This document shows, piece by piece, positions 1-9,101 of a stretch of DNA of 36,177 nucleotides. Each line of letters opens with the position of its first letter. The stretch's first letter is position 1. The translations under genes were made by a program, and so were the position numbers. The DNA comes from an uncultured Anaerolineales bacterium (lineage in GTDB: Bacteria > Chloroflexota > Anaerolineae > Anaerolineales > UBA11657), in the NCBI GenBank assembly GCA_963934935.1, contig CAWWAV010000001.1, positions 1 through 36,177 on the forward strand. The letters are read 5' to 3'. The notes under the pieces are model-generated. The model saw only the letters and a program-made list of their open reading frames with translations, did no database searches and had not been told where the DNA came from.

Positions 1-103
1 TGCATGTATAATATGTGTACATTTGTATTGCAAGCTTAAAGATTGGTCCCCGGGATATCAGTCCCGACTGTAGGTTGATTGTCTAAGTTGCAGCAATTCT
101 GAA

Positions 104-835
104 ATGTCGACAAGCAAATATATTGACGCAAATGTGGTTATACCACGCCATGTAGCCATCATAATGGATGGCAACGGCCGCTGGGCTGAGCAGCGAGGGC
201 TGCCAAGGTTGGCCGGGCATCGTGCTGGTACGGAAAACCTACGAAAAATCATTGAAGAGTGTGTTAATCTCAATATTAAGCACCTTACCATTTATGCATT
301 TTCTACGGAAAACTGGCAGCGGCCGCCTGATGAAGTGTCGGGACTTATGAAGCTGTTAGAGACTATGCTTGACCGTGAACTCAAATCGCTACATAAAAAT
401 GGTGTGAGGATACGACATCTAGGTCATTGTACTGGGGTTAACAAGCGGTTGGTACAGAAAATTACTGAAGCAGTTGAACTAACCCGTGGCAACTCCAAAA
501 TGACACTTAATGTGGCTTTTAATTATGGCGGTAGAGATGAGATGGTTCGTGCTGTACAACGAATGATTCTAGATGGGTTGGATGTTGAAGAAATTACAGA
601 GGAATCAATTAGTAACTATCTGTATACTGCTGGTCAGCCGGATCCTGACTTGATAATAAGAACAAGCGGCGAATATCGCATTAGCAATTTCTTGGTATGG
701 CAAGGCGCATATTCGGAGTGGTATTTTACAGATGCTCTTTGGCCAGACTTCAATGAAAAGGAACTATATCGTGCTCTTGTATTTTTTGGTAATAGGGAGC
801 GTAGATTTGGTCAGACTTCCGCGCAGATTGAGTGA
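104..835 (+). CDS. uppS: Isoprenyl transferase / undecaprenyl-diphosphate synthase
   Basis: 243-aa ORF with cis-prenyltransferase hallmarks [13 protein letters not shown] and [21 protein letters not shown]. Directly followed by cdsA. Confidence 0.93.
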   Translation: MSTSKYIDANVVIPRHVAIIMDGNGRWAEQRGLPRLAGHRAGTENLRKIIEECVNLNIKHLTIYAFSTENWQRPPDEVSGLMKLLETMLDRELKSLHKNGVRIRHLGHCTGVNKRLVQKITEAVELTRGNSKMTLNVAFNYGGRDEMVRAVQRMILDGLDVEEITEESISNYLYTAGQPDPDLIIRTSGEYRISNFLVWQGAYSEWYFTDALWPDFNEKELYRALVFFGNRERRFGQTSAQIE

Positions 836-1659
836 TGTTACGTCAAAGATTAGTCACGGCGGGTCTTTTAGTACCGATATTTCTTTGGGTAATTTATCAG
901 GGTGGATGGATATATAATATTGTGGTAATAGTTCTTTTAACTGTTGCTGTATGGGAGTTTGTTGAAATTGCTGCTAAAGTCTCATTAAGCCCTTCTCGGG
1001 TGATTAGTTTGTTGAGTTTGTGGGTGCTTGTAGGTGTCACTGGAATGACTCCAGGTAATTGGTTGCTTCCTTGCATGGTAGTAATACTTATAATTGCAAC
1101 TGTTTGGCATGTCATCGATTATGAGAAGGGAGCAACACGTTCACTGCAAAGTTGGGCAGTATCATTGATTGGACCAGTTTATATTGGTCTACTCGGTGGT
1201 CATTTGTTGTCACTACGTGCTTTGCCTTCTGGGCAATGGTTAACTCTCATCGTATTGCCTGTAGTGTGGATTTCAGATACTGGCGCATATATTGTTGGTA
1301 GGCGCTATGGAAAGCATGCGCTTGCGCATCGTACAAGTCCGAACAAGACATGGGAAGGTCTTGCAGGAGGTATAGTATTCGGAGCTGCTTTTGGTGGGGC
1401 TTTGGTTCTGCTTTGGCAGAGGATAGGGAATCTATCCCCTGATGTGTTAGCATGGTATCAAGGAGCAGTTATTGGAGTAATAGCATCTTTAGTTGGATTG
1501 CTCGGTGATTTGGGTATATCTTTGTTTAAGCGCCAGGCTGAAATCAAAGATACAGGTCAGATTTTTCCTGGTCATGGAGGGGTGCTTGATCGCATTGACT
1601 CATGGTTATTAGCAGGAGCAGCTAGTTACTATTATATTTTGCTAATTGCATTATTCTGA
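832..1659 (+). CDS. cdsA: Phosphatidate cytidylyltransferase (CDP-diglyceride synthase)
   Basis: Polytopic 275-aa ORF with the C-terminal CTP-transferase signature [26 protein letters not shown]. Start is either GTG 832 or ATG 835; both overlap the uppS stop (GTGATG). Confidence 0.85.
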   Translation: MMLRQRLVTAGLLVPIFLWVIYQGGWIYNIVVIVLLTVAVWEFVEIAAKVSLSPSRVISLLSLWVLVGVTGMTPGNWLLPCMVVILIIATVWHVIDYEKGATRSLQSWAVSLIGPVYIGLLGGHLLSLRALPSGQWLTLIVLPVVWISDTGAYIVGRRYGKHALAHRTSPNKTWEGLAGGIVFGAAFGGALVLLWQRIGNLSPDVLAWYQGAVIGVIASLVGLLGDLGISLFKRQAEIKDTGQIFPGHGGVLDRIDSWLLAGAASYYYILLIALF

Positions 1660-1661
1660 AC

Positions 1662-1709
1662 AATAAATATAATATGGGAACCCATAATAAATATAATATG
1701 GGAACCCAT
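1662..1709. repeat. Perfect 24-bp tandem direct duplication (AATAAATATAATATGGGAACCCAT x2) in the cdsA-glpX spacer
   Basis: Read directly: copy 1 is 1662-1685 and copy 2 is 1686-1709, identical. Each copy holds a TATAAT/TAATAT -10-like hexamer and the inverted repeat ATGGG-AA-CCCAT. Confidence 0.95.
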
Positions 1710-1725
1710 ACTGTAACTTTACAAA

Positions 1726-2730
1726 ATGAGTGATTTAAACAGTTCTAATCCAGACCGTAATCTTGCGCTTGAACTAGTAAGGGTAACCGAAGCAGCCGCC
1801 CTTGCATCAGGTAGGTTTATGGGTCGTAATGAAAAAAATGCTAGTGACCATGCTGCTGTGGAGGCTATGCGGGTCATGCTCAATACGATCGATATGACAG
1901 GAACTGTGATTATAGGAGAGGGCGAGAAGGATGAGGCTCCTATGTTGTTTAATGGTGAAGTTGTAGGTACAGGCAGTGTGCCAAGTATTGATATTGCGGT
2001 TGATCCAATTGATGGCACTAGTTTACTAGCCATGGGTCGCGCAAATGCTTTAGCTACAGTGGCCGCATCTGATAGTGGTAGTATGTTTGATCCGGGACCG
2101 TTTGTTTACATGAACAAAATTGCTGTTGGTCCGGATGCGAAAAATTCTATAGATGTGGATGCTCCACCAAAGGATAATTTGGCGAATATTGCTAGGGCTA
2201 AGGGTTGCGATGTTGATGATCTTACCGTGGTTGTGTTGGATCGCCCACGCCATGACGATCTTATAGCTGACCTGCGAAAGACTGGAGCTCGTATCCGTTT
2301 GATTACTGATGGTGATGTGGCTGGAGCGGTGATGACAGCTTGGTCTGGATCAGGTATTGATGTATTGATGGGGATTGGTGGTACGCCTGAGGGAGTACTA
2401 TCAGCTTGTGCACTAAAATGTATGGGTGGAGAAATCCAAGGCAAACTTTGGCCTCGGAATGACAATGAAAAATCATTAGGCCATAAAATGGGTTATGATT
2501 TCAATTCTGTCCTTCAAATGGAGGACTTGGTTTCCAGTGATAATTGTTTTTTTGCAGCTACTGGGATTACTGATGGAGAGTTAGTTGGCGGGGTGAAATA
2601 TTTTGGTGATGGTGCTAGAACGCACTCTTTAGTAATGCGTTCTAAGTCAGGAACTGTTAGAGAAGTTGTTAGCAAACATCGGTGGGATAAACTAATGCGT
2701 TTTTCGCAAATTATGTATGATCAGGAATAA
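1726..2730 (+). CDS. glpX: Fructose-1,6-bisphosphatase class II (GlpX type)
   Basis: 334-aa ORF with GlpX-type motifs LVRVTEAAALA, GEGEKDEAPML, DPIDGT and GIGGTPEGV. No Shine-Dalgarno within about 20 nt of the ATG. Confidence 0.9.
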   Translation: MSDLNSSNPDRNLALELVRVTEAAALASGRFMGRNEKNASDHAAVEAMRVMLNTIDMTGTVIIGEGEKDEAPMLFNGEVVGTGSVPSIDIAVDPIDGTSLLAMGRANALATVAASDSGSMFDPGPFVYMNKIAVGPDAKNSIDVDAPPKDNLANIARAKGCDVDDLTVVVLDRPRHDDLIADLRKTGARIRLITDGDVAGAVMTAWSGSGIDVLMGIGGTPEGVLSACALKCMGGEIQGKLWPRNDNEKSLGHKMGYDFNSVLQMEDLVSSDNCFFAATGITDGELVGGVKYFGDGARTHSLVMRSKSGTVREVVSKHRWDKLMRFSQIMYDQE

Positions 2731-2734
2731 TAAT

Positions 2735-4015
2735 ATGGATATAGGCAAACTAGAAAAGAAAACCTTGGAAGAATTACGAAAACTAGCTAAGGAATTAGAA
2801 GTACCGGGGTATCGACGAATGAAGAAGGATGATTTAATCTTAGCTCTTTTGCGGGCTAAGGCTGAGAAAGGGGGCCATACCTTACGGGGAGGTGTCTTGG
2901 AAATAGTTGATGATGGTATCGGTTTTTTGAGGTCCGGACAATTGCTTCCCAGTGCAGATGATGTTTATGTAAGTCAGTCACAGATCAAACGTTTTGGTAT
3001 GCGTACAGGAGATATGGTGATTGGACAGGTTAGACCGCCTAAAGATAGCGAAAAATACTTTGGTCTGATTCGCGTTGAAACAGTTAATGGAATGGATCCT
3101 GAAGAGGCCAAGAAACGTCCAACTTTCCACTCATTAACTCCAATTTTTCCGGACGAACGTTTTGACTTAGAAACTGATCAACATTCATTAGCAACAAGAC
3201 TGATCAACCTAGTTGCTCCTATTGGTAAGGGGCAACGCGGATTAATTGTTTCGCCTCCGAAAGCAGGTAAAACGACTGTCATGAAGCAGTTGGCAAATGC
3301 TATTTCACTCAAATACCCTCAAGTTCACTTAATGGTGGCATTAATTGGAGAGCGTCCTGAAGAAGTGACTGATATGGATCGTTCTGTAGATGCTGAAGTT
3401 GTAGCTAGTACATTTGATGAGCCAGTGACAGCACATGTGAAAGTAGCTGAAATGGCCTTGGAGCGTGCTAGACGTTTAGTGGAATGTGGACGTGATGTTG
3501 CTATTTTGTTGGACTCCATTACTCGTCTTTCTCGAGCCTATAATTTGATAGTGACTCCTTCGGGCCGTACACTTTCTGGTGGGCTTGACCCAGCAGCTTT
3601 ATATCCTCCCAAACGTTTCTTTGGAGCAGCTAGAAATATAGAACATGGAGGATCGCTTACTATAGTTGCCACTTGCTTGGTCGATACAGGATCAAGGATG
3701 GATGACATGGTGTATGAAGAGTTCAAAGGTACTGGAAACATGGAATTGCATCTGTCGAGAAGATTGCAAGAACGTAGAGTATTTCCAGCTCTTGATATAG
3801 ATCGGTCATCTACTAGGAGAGAAGAATTACTGTTAGGTCCTGATATTACCCAACGAGTTTGGCTGATGCGTCGTATGTATAATCAGATGATTTCTCCGGC
3901 TCCAGCAGGAGCAGGTATGGATATGGGAGCTGCTACTGAGGCAGTAATGAACCAAATCCGTCAGTCAGAGAATAATTTTGCGTTTTTGGAACAATTAGGT
4001 AAAGACTCTGAGTAA
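2735..4015 (+). CDS. rho: Transcription termination factor Rho
   Basis: N-terminal Rho_N-like LEELRKLAKELEV, an RNA-binding OB region (GFLR...VYVSQSQIKRFGMRTGD), Walker A PPKAGKT and the C-terminal RVFPALDI motif. ATG 2735 is preferred over ORF-track 2717 because it follows the glpX stop and has AGGAA 8 nt upstream. Confidence 0.95.
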   Translation: MDIGKLEKKTLEELRKLAKELEVPGYRRMKKDDLILALLRAKAEKGGHTLRGGVLEIVDDGIGFLRSGQLLPSADDVYVSQSQIKRFGMRTGDMVIGQVRPPKDSEKYFGLIRVETVNGMDPEEAKKRPTFHSLTPIFPDERFDLETDQHSLATRLINLVAPIGKGQRGLIVSPPKAGKTTVMKQLANAISLKYPQVHLMVALIGERPEEVTDMDRSVDAEVVASTFDEPVTAHVKVAEMALERARRLVECGRDVAILLDSITRLSRAYNLIVTPSGRTLSGGLDPAALYPPKRFFGAARNIEHGGSLTIVATCLVDTGSRMDDMVYEEFKGTGNMELHLSRRLQERRVFPALDIDRSSTRREELLLGPDITQRVWLMRRMYNQMISPAPAGAGMDMGAATEAVMNQIRQSENNFAFLEQLGKDSE

Positions 4016-4044
4016 GTCTGTCATATGACTAAAGACTGTTTGTT
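4015..4044 (+). terminator. Possible weak intrinsic terminator after rho
   Basis: AGTCT-GTC-ATAT-GAC-(TAA bulge)-AGACT followed by GTTTGTT. The stem is interrupted and the U-tract is poor. Confidence 0.3.
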
Positions 4045-4081
4045 GGGCGTTCTTGGGGAATTGGCAGACATTTTATAATAA

Positions 4082-5152
4082 GTGTTCCGTTCATTAATTG
4101 TACGTTATGGTGTCCATGTAGTACTTATGTTGATAGTTATTGTAACTATCGGCATAAATGCTTTAAAGCTGGAAGTAGAATTTCCCAATCTGCTTGTAGA
4201 TTATTCCAAACTCGATCAATCAGAATTCGAATCACGTGATGATGTAACAAATTTGGTTAGTCAAATCGGTTCAGAGTCTGAGGGAAGTATATTGACTGAT
4301 CAGATTACCCGTACTATCAATATTCGAACTCATATACCGAGTCGACCACGGCAAGAGGTGATTACCTATACTGTACGCTCGGGCGATACTCTTTTTGGTA
4401 TATCTGAGAAATATGGAATTTCTCCAGAGACCATTCTATGGAGTAATTCCATATTGAAAGATGATCCACATTTATTGCGACCTGACCAGGAGTTGCTTAT
4501 ATCACCAGTGACTGGCGTTGTAAGGGTAGTGTATGAAGGTGATACTGTGGAGGGACTAGCTTCTGTGTATCGCGCCGATGCTGAAGACATAATTGATTGG
4601 CCCGGTAACAATCTTGACCCCGATAACCCTGATCTAATTGAAGGTGATGTGATTGTTGTGCCTGGGGGAGAACGTGATTTTGTTCAGTGGACTGTACCGC
4701 GTATTGCCAGAGCAAAGCGTAATCCACTTCCGACTGGTGCTGGTCCTGGTGCCTGCACGGGTGGTTATCAGGGTGGTGCTGTAGGGTCTGGTAGTTTCAT
4801 ATGGCCAGCTGCCAATCGCTATCTTTCCGGTTACAATTACAGTGGATATCATCCTGCTATTGATATAGCAGCTGGTTATGGAGTGCCAATATATGCTTCA
4901 GATAACGGAGTTGTTGTCTTTGCTGGATGGAGTAATTGGGGATATGGTTACATGGTAGTAGTTGATCATGGTAATGGATGGCAAACACTTTATTCACATC
5001 TTTCTCAATGGAATGTAAGTTGTGGTCAATCAGTGTATCAAGGTAATGTGTTAGGACTGGCAGGTAGTACAGGAAATTCAACAGGACCACATTTGCATTT
5101 TGAGATTAACTACCAGGGTGCACGGCTTAATCCCTGGAACTATTTACCCTGA
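4082..5152 (+). CDS. LysM-domain M23 family metallopeptidase (peptidoglycan hydrolase), membrane-anchored or secreted
   Basis: N-terminal hydrophobic anchor, a LysM-like YTVRSGDTLFGISEKYGISPETILWSN, and M23 motifs HPAIDIA, VVDHGNGWQTLYSHL and GSTGNSTGPHLHFEI. The start is uncertain (GTG 4082 or ATG 4127). Confidence 0.85.
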   Translation: MFRSLIVRYGVHVVLMLIVIVTIGINALKLEVEFPNLLVDYSKLDQSEFESRDDVTNLVSQIGSESEGSILTDQITRTINIRTHIPSRPRQEVITYTVRSGDTLFGISEKYGISPETILWSNSILKDDPHLLRPDQELLISPVTGVVRVVYEGDTVEGLASVYRADAEDIIDWPGNNLDPDNPDLIEGDVIVVPGGERDFVQWTVPRIARAKRNPLPTGAGPGACTGGYQGGAVGSGSFIWPAANRYLSGYNYSGYHPAIDIAAGYGVPIYASDNGVVVFAGWSNWGYGYMVVVDHGNGWQTLYSHLSQWNVSCGQSVYQGNVLGLAGSTGNSTGPHLHFEINYQGARLNPWNYLP

Positions 5153-5165
5153 GGTAATTACGTTT

Positions 5166-5831
5166 GTGAAACTCTCAGTGATTATTCCGGTTTTCAATGA
5201 AGTAGAAACAATTCAGGAAATTGTTGAACGTGTCCGTATAGTACCCTTGGAAAAGGAAATTCTACTTGTCGATGATTCGTCTACCGATGGATCTGGGGAA
5301 ATACTGGAAAAACTCAACTCCGACCCAGATACATTAGTGTTGTCGCATCCAGTGAATCGAGGAAAAGGTGTCGCGATAGCTACTGCACTGGAGGTGGTCA
5401 CTGGGGATGTTGTTGTGATCCAGGACGCCGATTTAGAGTATGACCCAAAAGATTACTTGAATCTGATTGAACCAATTTTGCAAGAAGGTGCCGATGTAGT
5501 TTATGGAGTACGAGACCTCAGTAGCCAGAGGTTCATAATGCGATTAGGTAACAATTTGCTTAGCTGGATAGCTAGTTTGCTATTCAATGTAAAGTTGTAT
5601 GATATGGAGACCTGCTACAAGATGATGACCAGAGAAGTTTTTGAAACACTGTCACTTGAGTGCAGGCGTTTTGATGTGGAGGCGGAAATTACTGCAAAAA
5701 TACTCCGTGCAGGCTTTGCCATAAAAGAGTGTCCTATTACCTATAATGCTCGTTACGATAACAAAAAACTTTCTCCATTAGACGGTATACCAACACTTCG
5801 TGCGCTAATTAAGTATAGGTTTTTTGCATAA
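5166..5831 (+). CDS. GT2 family glycosyltransferase, polyprenyl/dolichyl-phosphate sugar synthase-like
   Basis: GT-A motifs LSVIIPVFNE, LLVDDSSTDGS and VIQDADLEYDP. GTG 5166 is chosen because the ORF-track start at 5100 overlaps the M23 gene by 53 nt. Confidence 0.82.
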   Translation: MKLSVIIPVFNEVETIQEIVERVRIVPLEKEILLVDDSSTDGSGEILEKLNSDPDTLVLSHPVNRGKGVAIATALEVVTGDVVVIQDADLEYDPKDYLNLIEPILQEGADVVYGVRDLSSQRFIMRLGNNLLSWIASLLFNVKLYDMETCYKMMTREVFETLSLECRRFDVEAEITAKILRAGFAIKECPITYNARYDNKKLSPLDGIPTLRALIKYRFFA

Positions 5832-7186
5832 TGGAACCTGACCTATTTGATCATGCTATGCAGAGTCGGATGGAAACAGAAGCTCCATTGGCTGCTAGAA
5901 TGCGTCCGCGTGATTTGGATGAGTTTGTAGGACAGCAGGAAATAGTGGGGCCAGGACGGTTGCTTCGACGCGCTATTGAAAGTGACCGTCTTTTTTCGTC
6001 TATTTTGTTGTGGGGACCGCCGGGTAGTGGTAAGACTACACTAGCAAATATTATTGCGAATACTACTGAGGCTCATTTTGTAACATTGGGCGCAGTGCTT
6101 GCAGGAAAGCGAGAATTACGTGAAGTTATCAAAGGAGCCAGAGAAAGGCGCAAGTTGTATAGGATACGTACGATACTCTTTGTGGACGAAGTGCATCGAT
6201 GGAATAAAGCGCAGCAAGATGCACTGTTACCGCATGTAGAATCCGGAGAGATCGTATTAATTGGTGCTACGACCGAAAATCCGTATTTTGAAGTCATTAG
6301 TGCATTGGTGTCTCGTTCTAGAATATTTCAGTTTCGTGCTCTTTCCGATAGCGACACTCGGGAAGTTCTGTGCCAGGCTATCAGCGATTCAAAGCGTGGT
6401 TATGGTGCTAAATCCATAGATATTTCTCCGGAGGCTATGAATCATTTGGTCGCTGTGTCGGGTGGAGATGCACGCAATGCACTTAATGCGCTAGAATTGG
6501 CAGTTGAATCAAACGATGTAGATATGTCAGGTGTAATATCGATTACATTGGAAGTCGCTCAAGAATCTATACAAAGAAGAGCAATACTTTATGATAGGGA
6601 TGGTGATGCCCATTATGACACCATTAGTGCTTTCATCAAATCTGTTAGGGGTTCTGATCCTGATGCGGCTTTGTATTGGCTAGCTAAAATGATATATGCT
6701 GGCGAATCAGCTCGTTTCATTTTACGACGCCTGATTATATTAGCCAGTGAAGATGTGGGCATGGCTGATCCTAATGGACTTTTGATAGCAACCACTGCTG
6801 CTCAGGCCTTTGAGTATATTGGAATGCCAGAAGGGGTGTATCCTATTGTTGAGGCAACTATTTACTTGTCCACAGCCCCTAAATCAAACAGTGCTAAAAG
6901 TTATTTCGAAGCCTATACATTAGTTGAATCAGAAGGTCAGATAGATGTACCTAATCATTTGAAAGATGTCAATAGAGATGGCGAAGCTTTAGGGCATGGT
7001 ACAGAGTACGTCTACCCTCATAATGAAGCTGGGCATCATATTGGTCAGCAATATATGCCTAATGGATTGTTAGGTCGATATTTTTACCAACCAAGTGATC
7101 AGGGATATGAAAAAGAAGTAGATAAACGTCTTCAACGTTGGAGATCGGCTCAAAAAGCAGTTCTGGGTAGTCAAAATAAGCAATGA
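5831..7186 (+). CDS. rarA: Replication-associated recombination protein A (AAA+ ATPase, MgsA/RarA)
   Basis: Walker A GPPGSGKTT, Walker B LFVDEVHRWNK, GATTENPYFEV, and the MgsA C-terminal region HYDTISAFIKSVRGSDPDAALYWLAKM. The ATG overlaps the upstream stop (TAATG). Confidence 0.9.
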   Translation: MEPDLFDHAMQSRMETEAPLAARMRPRDLDEFVGQQEIVGPGRLLRRAIESDRLFSSILLWGPPGSGKTTLANIIANTTEAHFVTLGAVLAGKRELREVIKGARERRKLYRIRTILFVDEVHRWNKAQQDALLPHVESGEIVLIGATTENPYFEVISALVSRSRIFQFRALSDSDTREVLCQAISDSKRGYGAKSIDISPEAMNHLVAVSGGDARNALNALELAVESNDVDMSGVISITLEVAQESIQRRAILYDRDGDAHYDTISAFIKSVRGSDPDAALYWLAKMIYAGESARFILRRLIILASEDVGMADPNGLLIATTAAQAFEYIGMPEGVYPIVEATIYLSTAPKSNSAKSYFEAYTLVESEGQIDVPNHLKDVNRDGEALGHGTEYVYPHNEAGHHIGQQYMPNGLLGRYFYQPSDQGYEKEVDKRLQRWRSAQKAVLGSQNKQ

Positions 7187-7187
7187 T

Positions 7188-7796
7188 ATGACTCGTATAT
7201 TGCTTGTGCGTCACGCGGAGAATAATTATACGCAGACTGGCAAATTAGCTGGTTGGATTAAAGGCGTACACTTAAATGAGGTTGGCAGATTGCAGTCTGC
7301 TACACTAGCTGATAATCTAGCTATATACCCAATTAAGTGTATCTACTCCAGTCCACTTGTCCGAGCACTAGAAACCGCTAGGCCTATTGCAGCTGCCAAG
7401 AATCTTAATGTATTGAAATGTACCCAAATAGGTGAAGTACGATATGGTCAATGGCAGGGTAAAAGTCTGCGTGTGTTGCGTCGGAGAAAATTGTGGAATC
7501 AGATTCAGAATGTACCATCTTTATCCAGTTTTCCAGACGGAGAATCAATTCGATATGCACAGAGTCGTGCTGTAGGTGCGGTTGAAAACATAGTTGTCAA
7601 ACATCCAAAATCTTGCGTTGCATTAGTGTCTCATGCCGATGTAATCAAAATGATTTTGGCTCACTACATGGGTCTTGCTTTAGATTTCTATCAGCGTATT
7701 GTTGTAGACACGGCGTCAATATCTGAATTGTATATATCATATGATGGAGTGAAGGTGATCAGAATCAATCAAACAACTAAGGTGTCTATCAAATAG
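7188..7796 (+). CDS. Histidine-phosphatase (phosphoglycerate-mutase-like) superfamily protein, MSMEG_4193-type context
   Basis: RHG-type catalytic motif LLVRHAEN and distal SHADVIK. It is the first gene of the phosphatase/DUF3090/kinase-like trio. Confidence 0.8.
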   Translation: MTRILLVRHAENNYTQTGKLAGWIKGVHLNEVGRLQSATLADNLAIYPIKCIYSSPLVRALETARPIAAAKNLNVLKCTQIGEVRYGQWQGKSLRVLRRRKLWNQIQNVPSLSSFPDGESIRYAQSRAVGAVENIVVKHPKSCVALVSHADVIKMILAHYMGLALDFYQRIVVDTASISELYISYDGVKVIRINQTTKVSIK

Positions 7797-7809
7797 AGAA
7801 TTTACTCTA

Positions 7810-8340
7810 ATGTTAATTGAAATAAAACCAGCAGATCATTTGGTAGCTTCATGTGTAGGAAAACCTGGTGATAGAACATTCTATATTCAAGCTGCTCGAG
7901 AAGATGAAATACTGACAATTTTGTGTGAGAAATTTCAGGTTCAGCAATTGGCAGGTGGTATACGGCGATTTGTTAAGCAATTGAGCGAAAAACATCCTCA
8001 TCTGGAGACTAGTACTTTGGTAGAGTCTGATCCTGATTTGGTTCTCAAGCGACCAATTGAACCTTTGTTCCGTGCAGGTGAGATTGGTATAGGTTATGAT
8101 GAGGAGAGTGAGTTGATGGTTCTAATTGCACAAGAATTGGGAACAGAACCACAAGAAGATAATCATCAAGATGAAGCAGAGACGGTTACAGCACGGATAT
8201 GGGCTACTTGCTTGCAGATGTTACAAATGGCTGATTATGGAGAAAAACAAGCATTAAGTGGTCGACCCATATGTGGCAATTGCATGAAGCCGATCGATAC
8301 TGAAGGCCATTTTTGTCCCAAGAGTAATGGACACAAATAA
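7810..8340 (+). CDS. DUF3090-family protein (uncharacterised)
   Basis: 176 aa. N-terminal PGDRTFYIQA region and C-terminal Cys/His knuckle CGNCMKPIDTEGHFCPKSNGH, recalled as typical of DUF3090/TIGR03847. Assigned from memory, not by search. Confidence 0.65.
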   Translation: MLIEIKPADHLVASCVGKPGDRTFYIQAAREDEILTILCEKFQVQQLAGGIRRFVKQLSEKHPHLETSTLVESDPDLVLKRPIEPLFRAGEIGIGYDEESELMVLIAQELGTEPQEDNHQDEAETVTARIWATCLQMLQMADYGEKQALSGRPICGNCMKPIDTEGHFCPKSNGHK

Positions 8341-9064
8341 TATAGAAGTTGCTGCTGTGAACAACGCACTAACTGTATTGCGGTCAGGCGAGGTCACATT
8401 AAAGGGCATTTTTCAAGTGGGATCCAACCATAGTTTTCTTGTTGAAATCAAGTTACAAAGAGAATCTTTAGAGGCAGTATACAAGCCAATAAAAGGTGAG
8501 AAACCTCTGTGGGATTTCCCTTCTGGAACTTTGGCTAAGAGAGAGGTTGCTGCATACTTGATAAGTGAAGCTCTTGGTTGGGGTTTGGTGCCTCCTACCG
8601 TTTTGCGAAACGGTCCATATGGGTTAGGGTCTGTACAGTTATTAGTCGACTTTGCTCCTGATGGACACTTTTTCAATTTTACCGATATAGAGAAGGAAAT
8701 TTGTCGTAGTGTGGCAGCGTTTGACTATGTGATCAACAATGCCGACCGAAAAGGTGGACATATTGTCAGATCAAACAACGGTACCATACAGTTAATTGAC
8801 CATGGTGTATGTTTCCACTGTGAAGAAAAATTACGTACAGTTTTATGGGATTTTGCCGGGGAAAGATTGTCTGAACGCATCTGTTCAGACATCAGAGATT
8901 TGGCTGTATCTATCAATGTATCTGGAAAACTAAGGGACAAGCTTAGTCAATTGCTTAGCATGTCCGAAATTAAAGCCTTGTCAGGCAGAGCCACTGATAT
9001 TGTTGCTTCTGGTTGTTTGCCACAACCGGGCTTGGATTACAATTATCCTTGGCCTATACTCTAG
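8327..9064 (+). CDS. SCO1664-family protein, PI3/PI4-kinase-like fold (uncharacterised)
   Basis: 245 aa. Kinase-like catalytic loop NNADRKGGHIV and metal-binding IDHGVCF. Overlaps the DUF3090 gene by 14 nt. Confidence 0.65.
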   Translation: MDTNNIEVAAVNNALTVLRSGEVTLKGIFQVGSNHSFLVEIKLQRESLEAVYKPIKGEKPLWDFPSGTLAKREVAAYLISEALGWGLVPPTVLRNGPYGLGSVQLLVDFAPDGHFFNFTDIEKEICRSVAAFDYVINNADRKGGHIVRSNNGTIQLIDHGVCFHCEEKLRTVLWDFAGERLSERICSDIRDLAVSINVSGKLRDKLSQLLSMSEIKALSGRATDIVASGCLPQPGLDYNYPWPIL

Positions 9065-9101
9065 AAAATGAGATATCAATAGCGTATTACAAACAAGAAC
9101 G

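Noticed and set aside
4020-4029. 10-bp palindromes GTCATATGAC (4020-4029) and ATCATATGAT (31397-31406), both just after stop codons, as a shared operator
   Set aside because: The same ATCATATGAT also occurs inside coding sequence (7736-7745). CATATG is frequent throughout this AT-rich window (for example 8268, 8616, 28185-28201 and 30924). Chance is the simplest explanation.
5100-5165. ATG 5100 as the start of the GT2 gene
   Set aside because: It overlaps the conserved C-terminus of the M23 peptidase by 53 nt. GT2 enzymes of this type begin just before the hhhIPxxNE motif, which fits GTG 5166.
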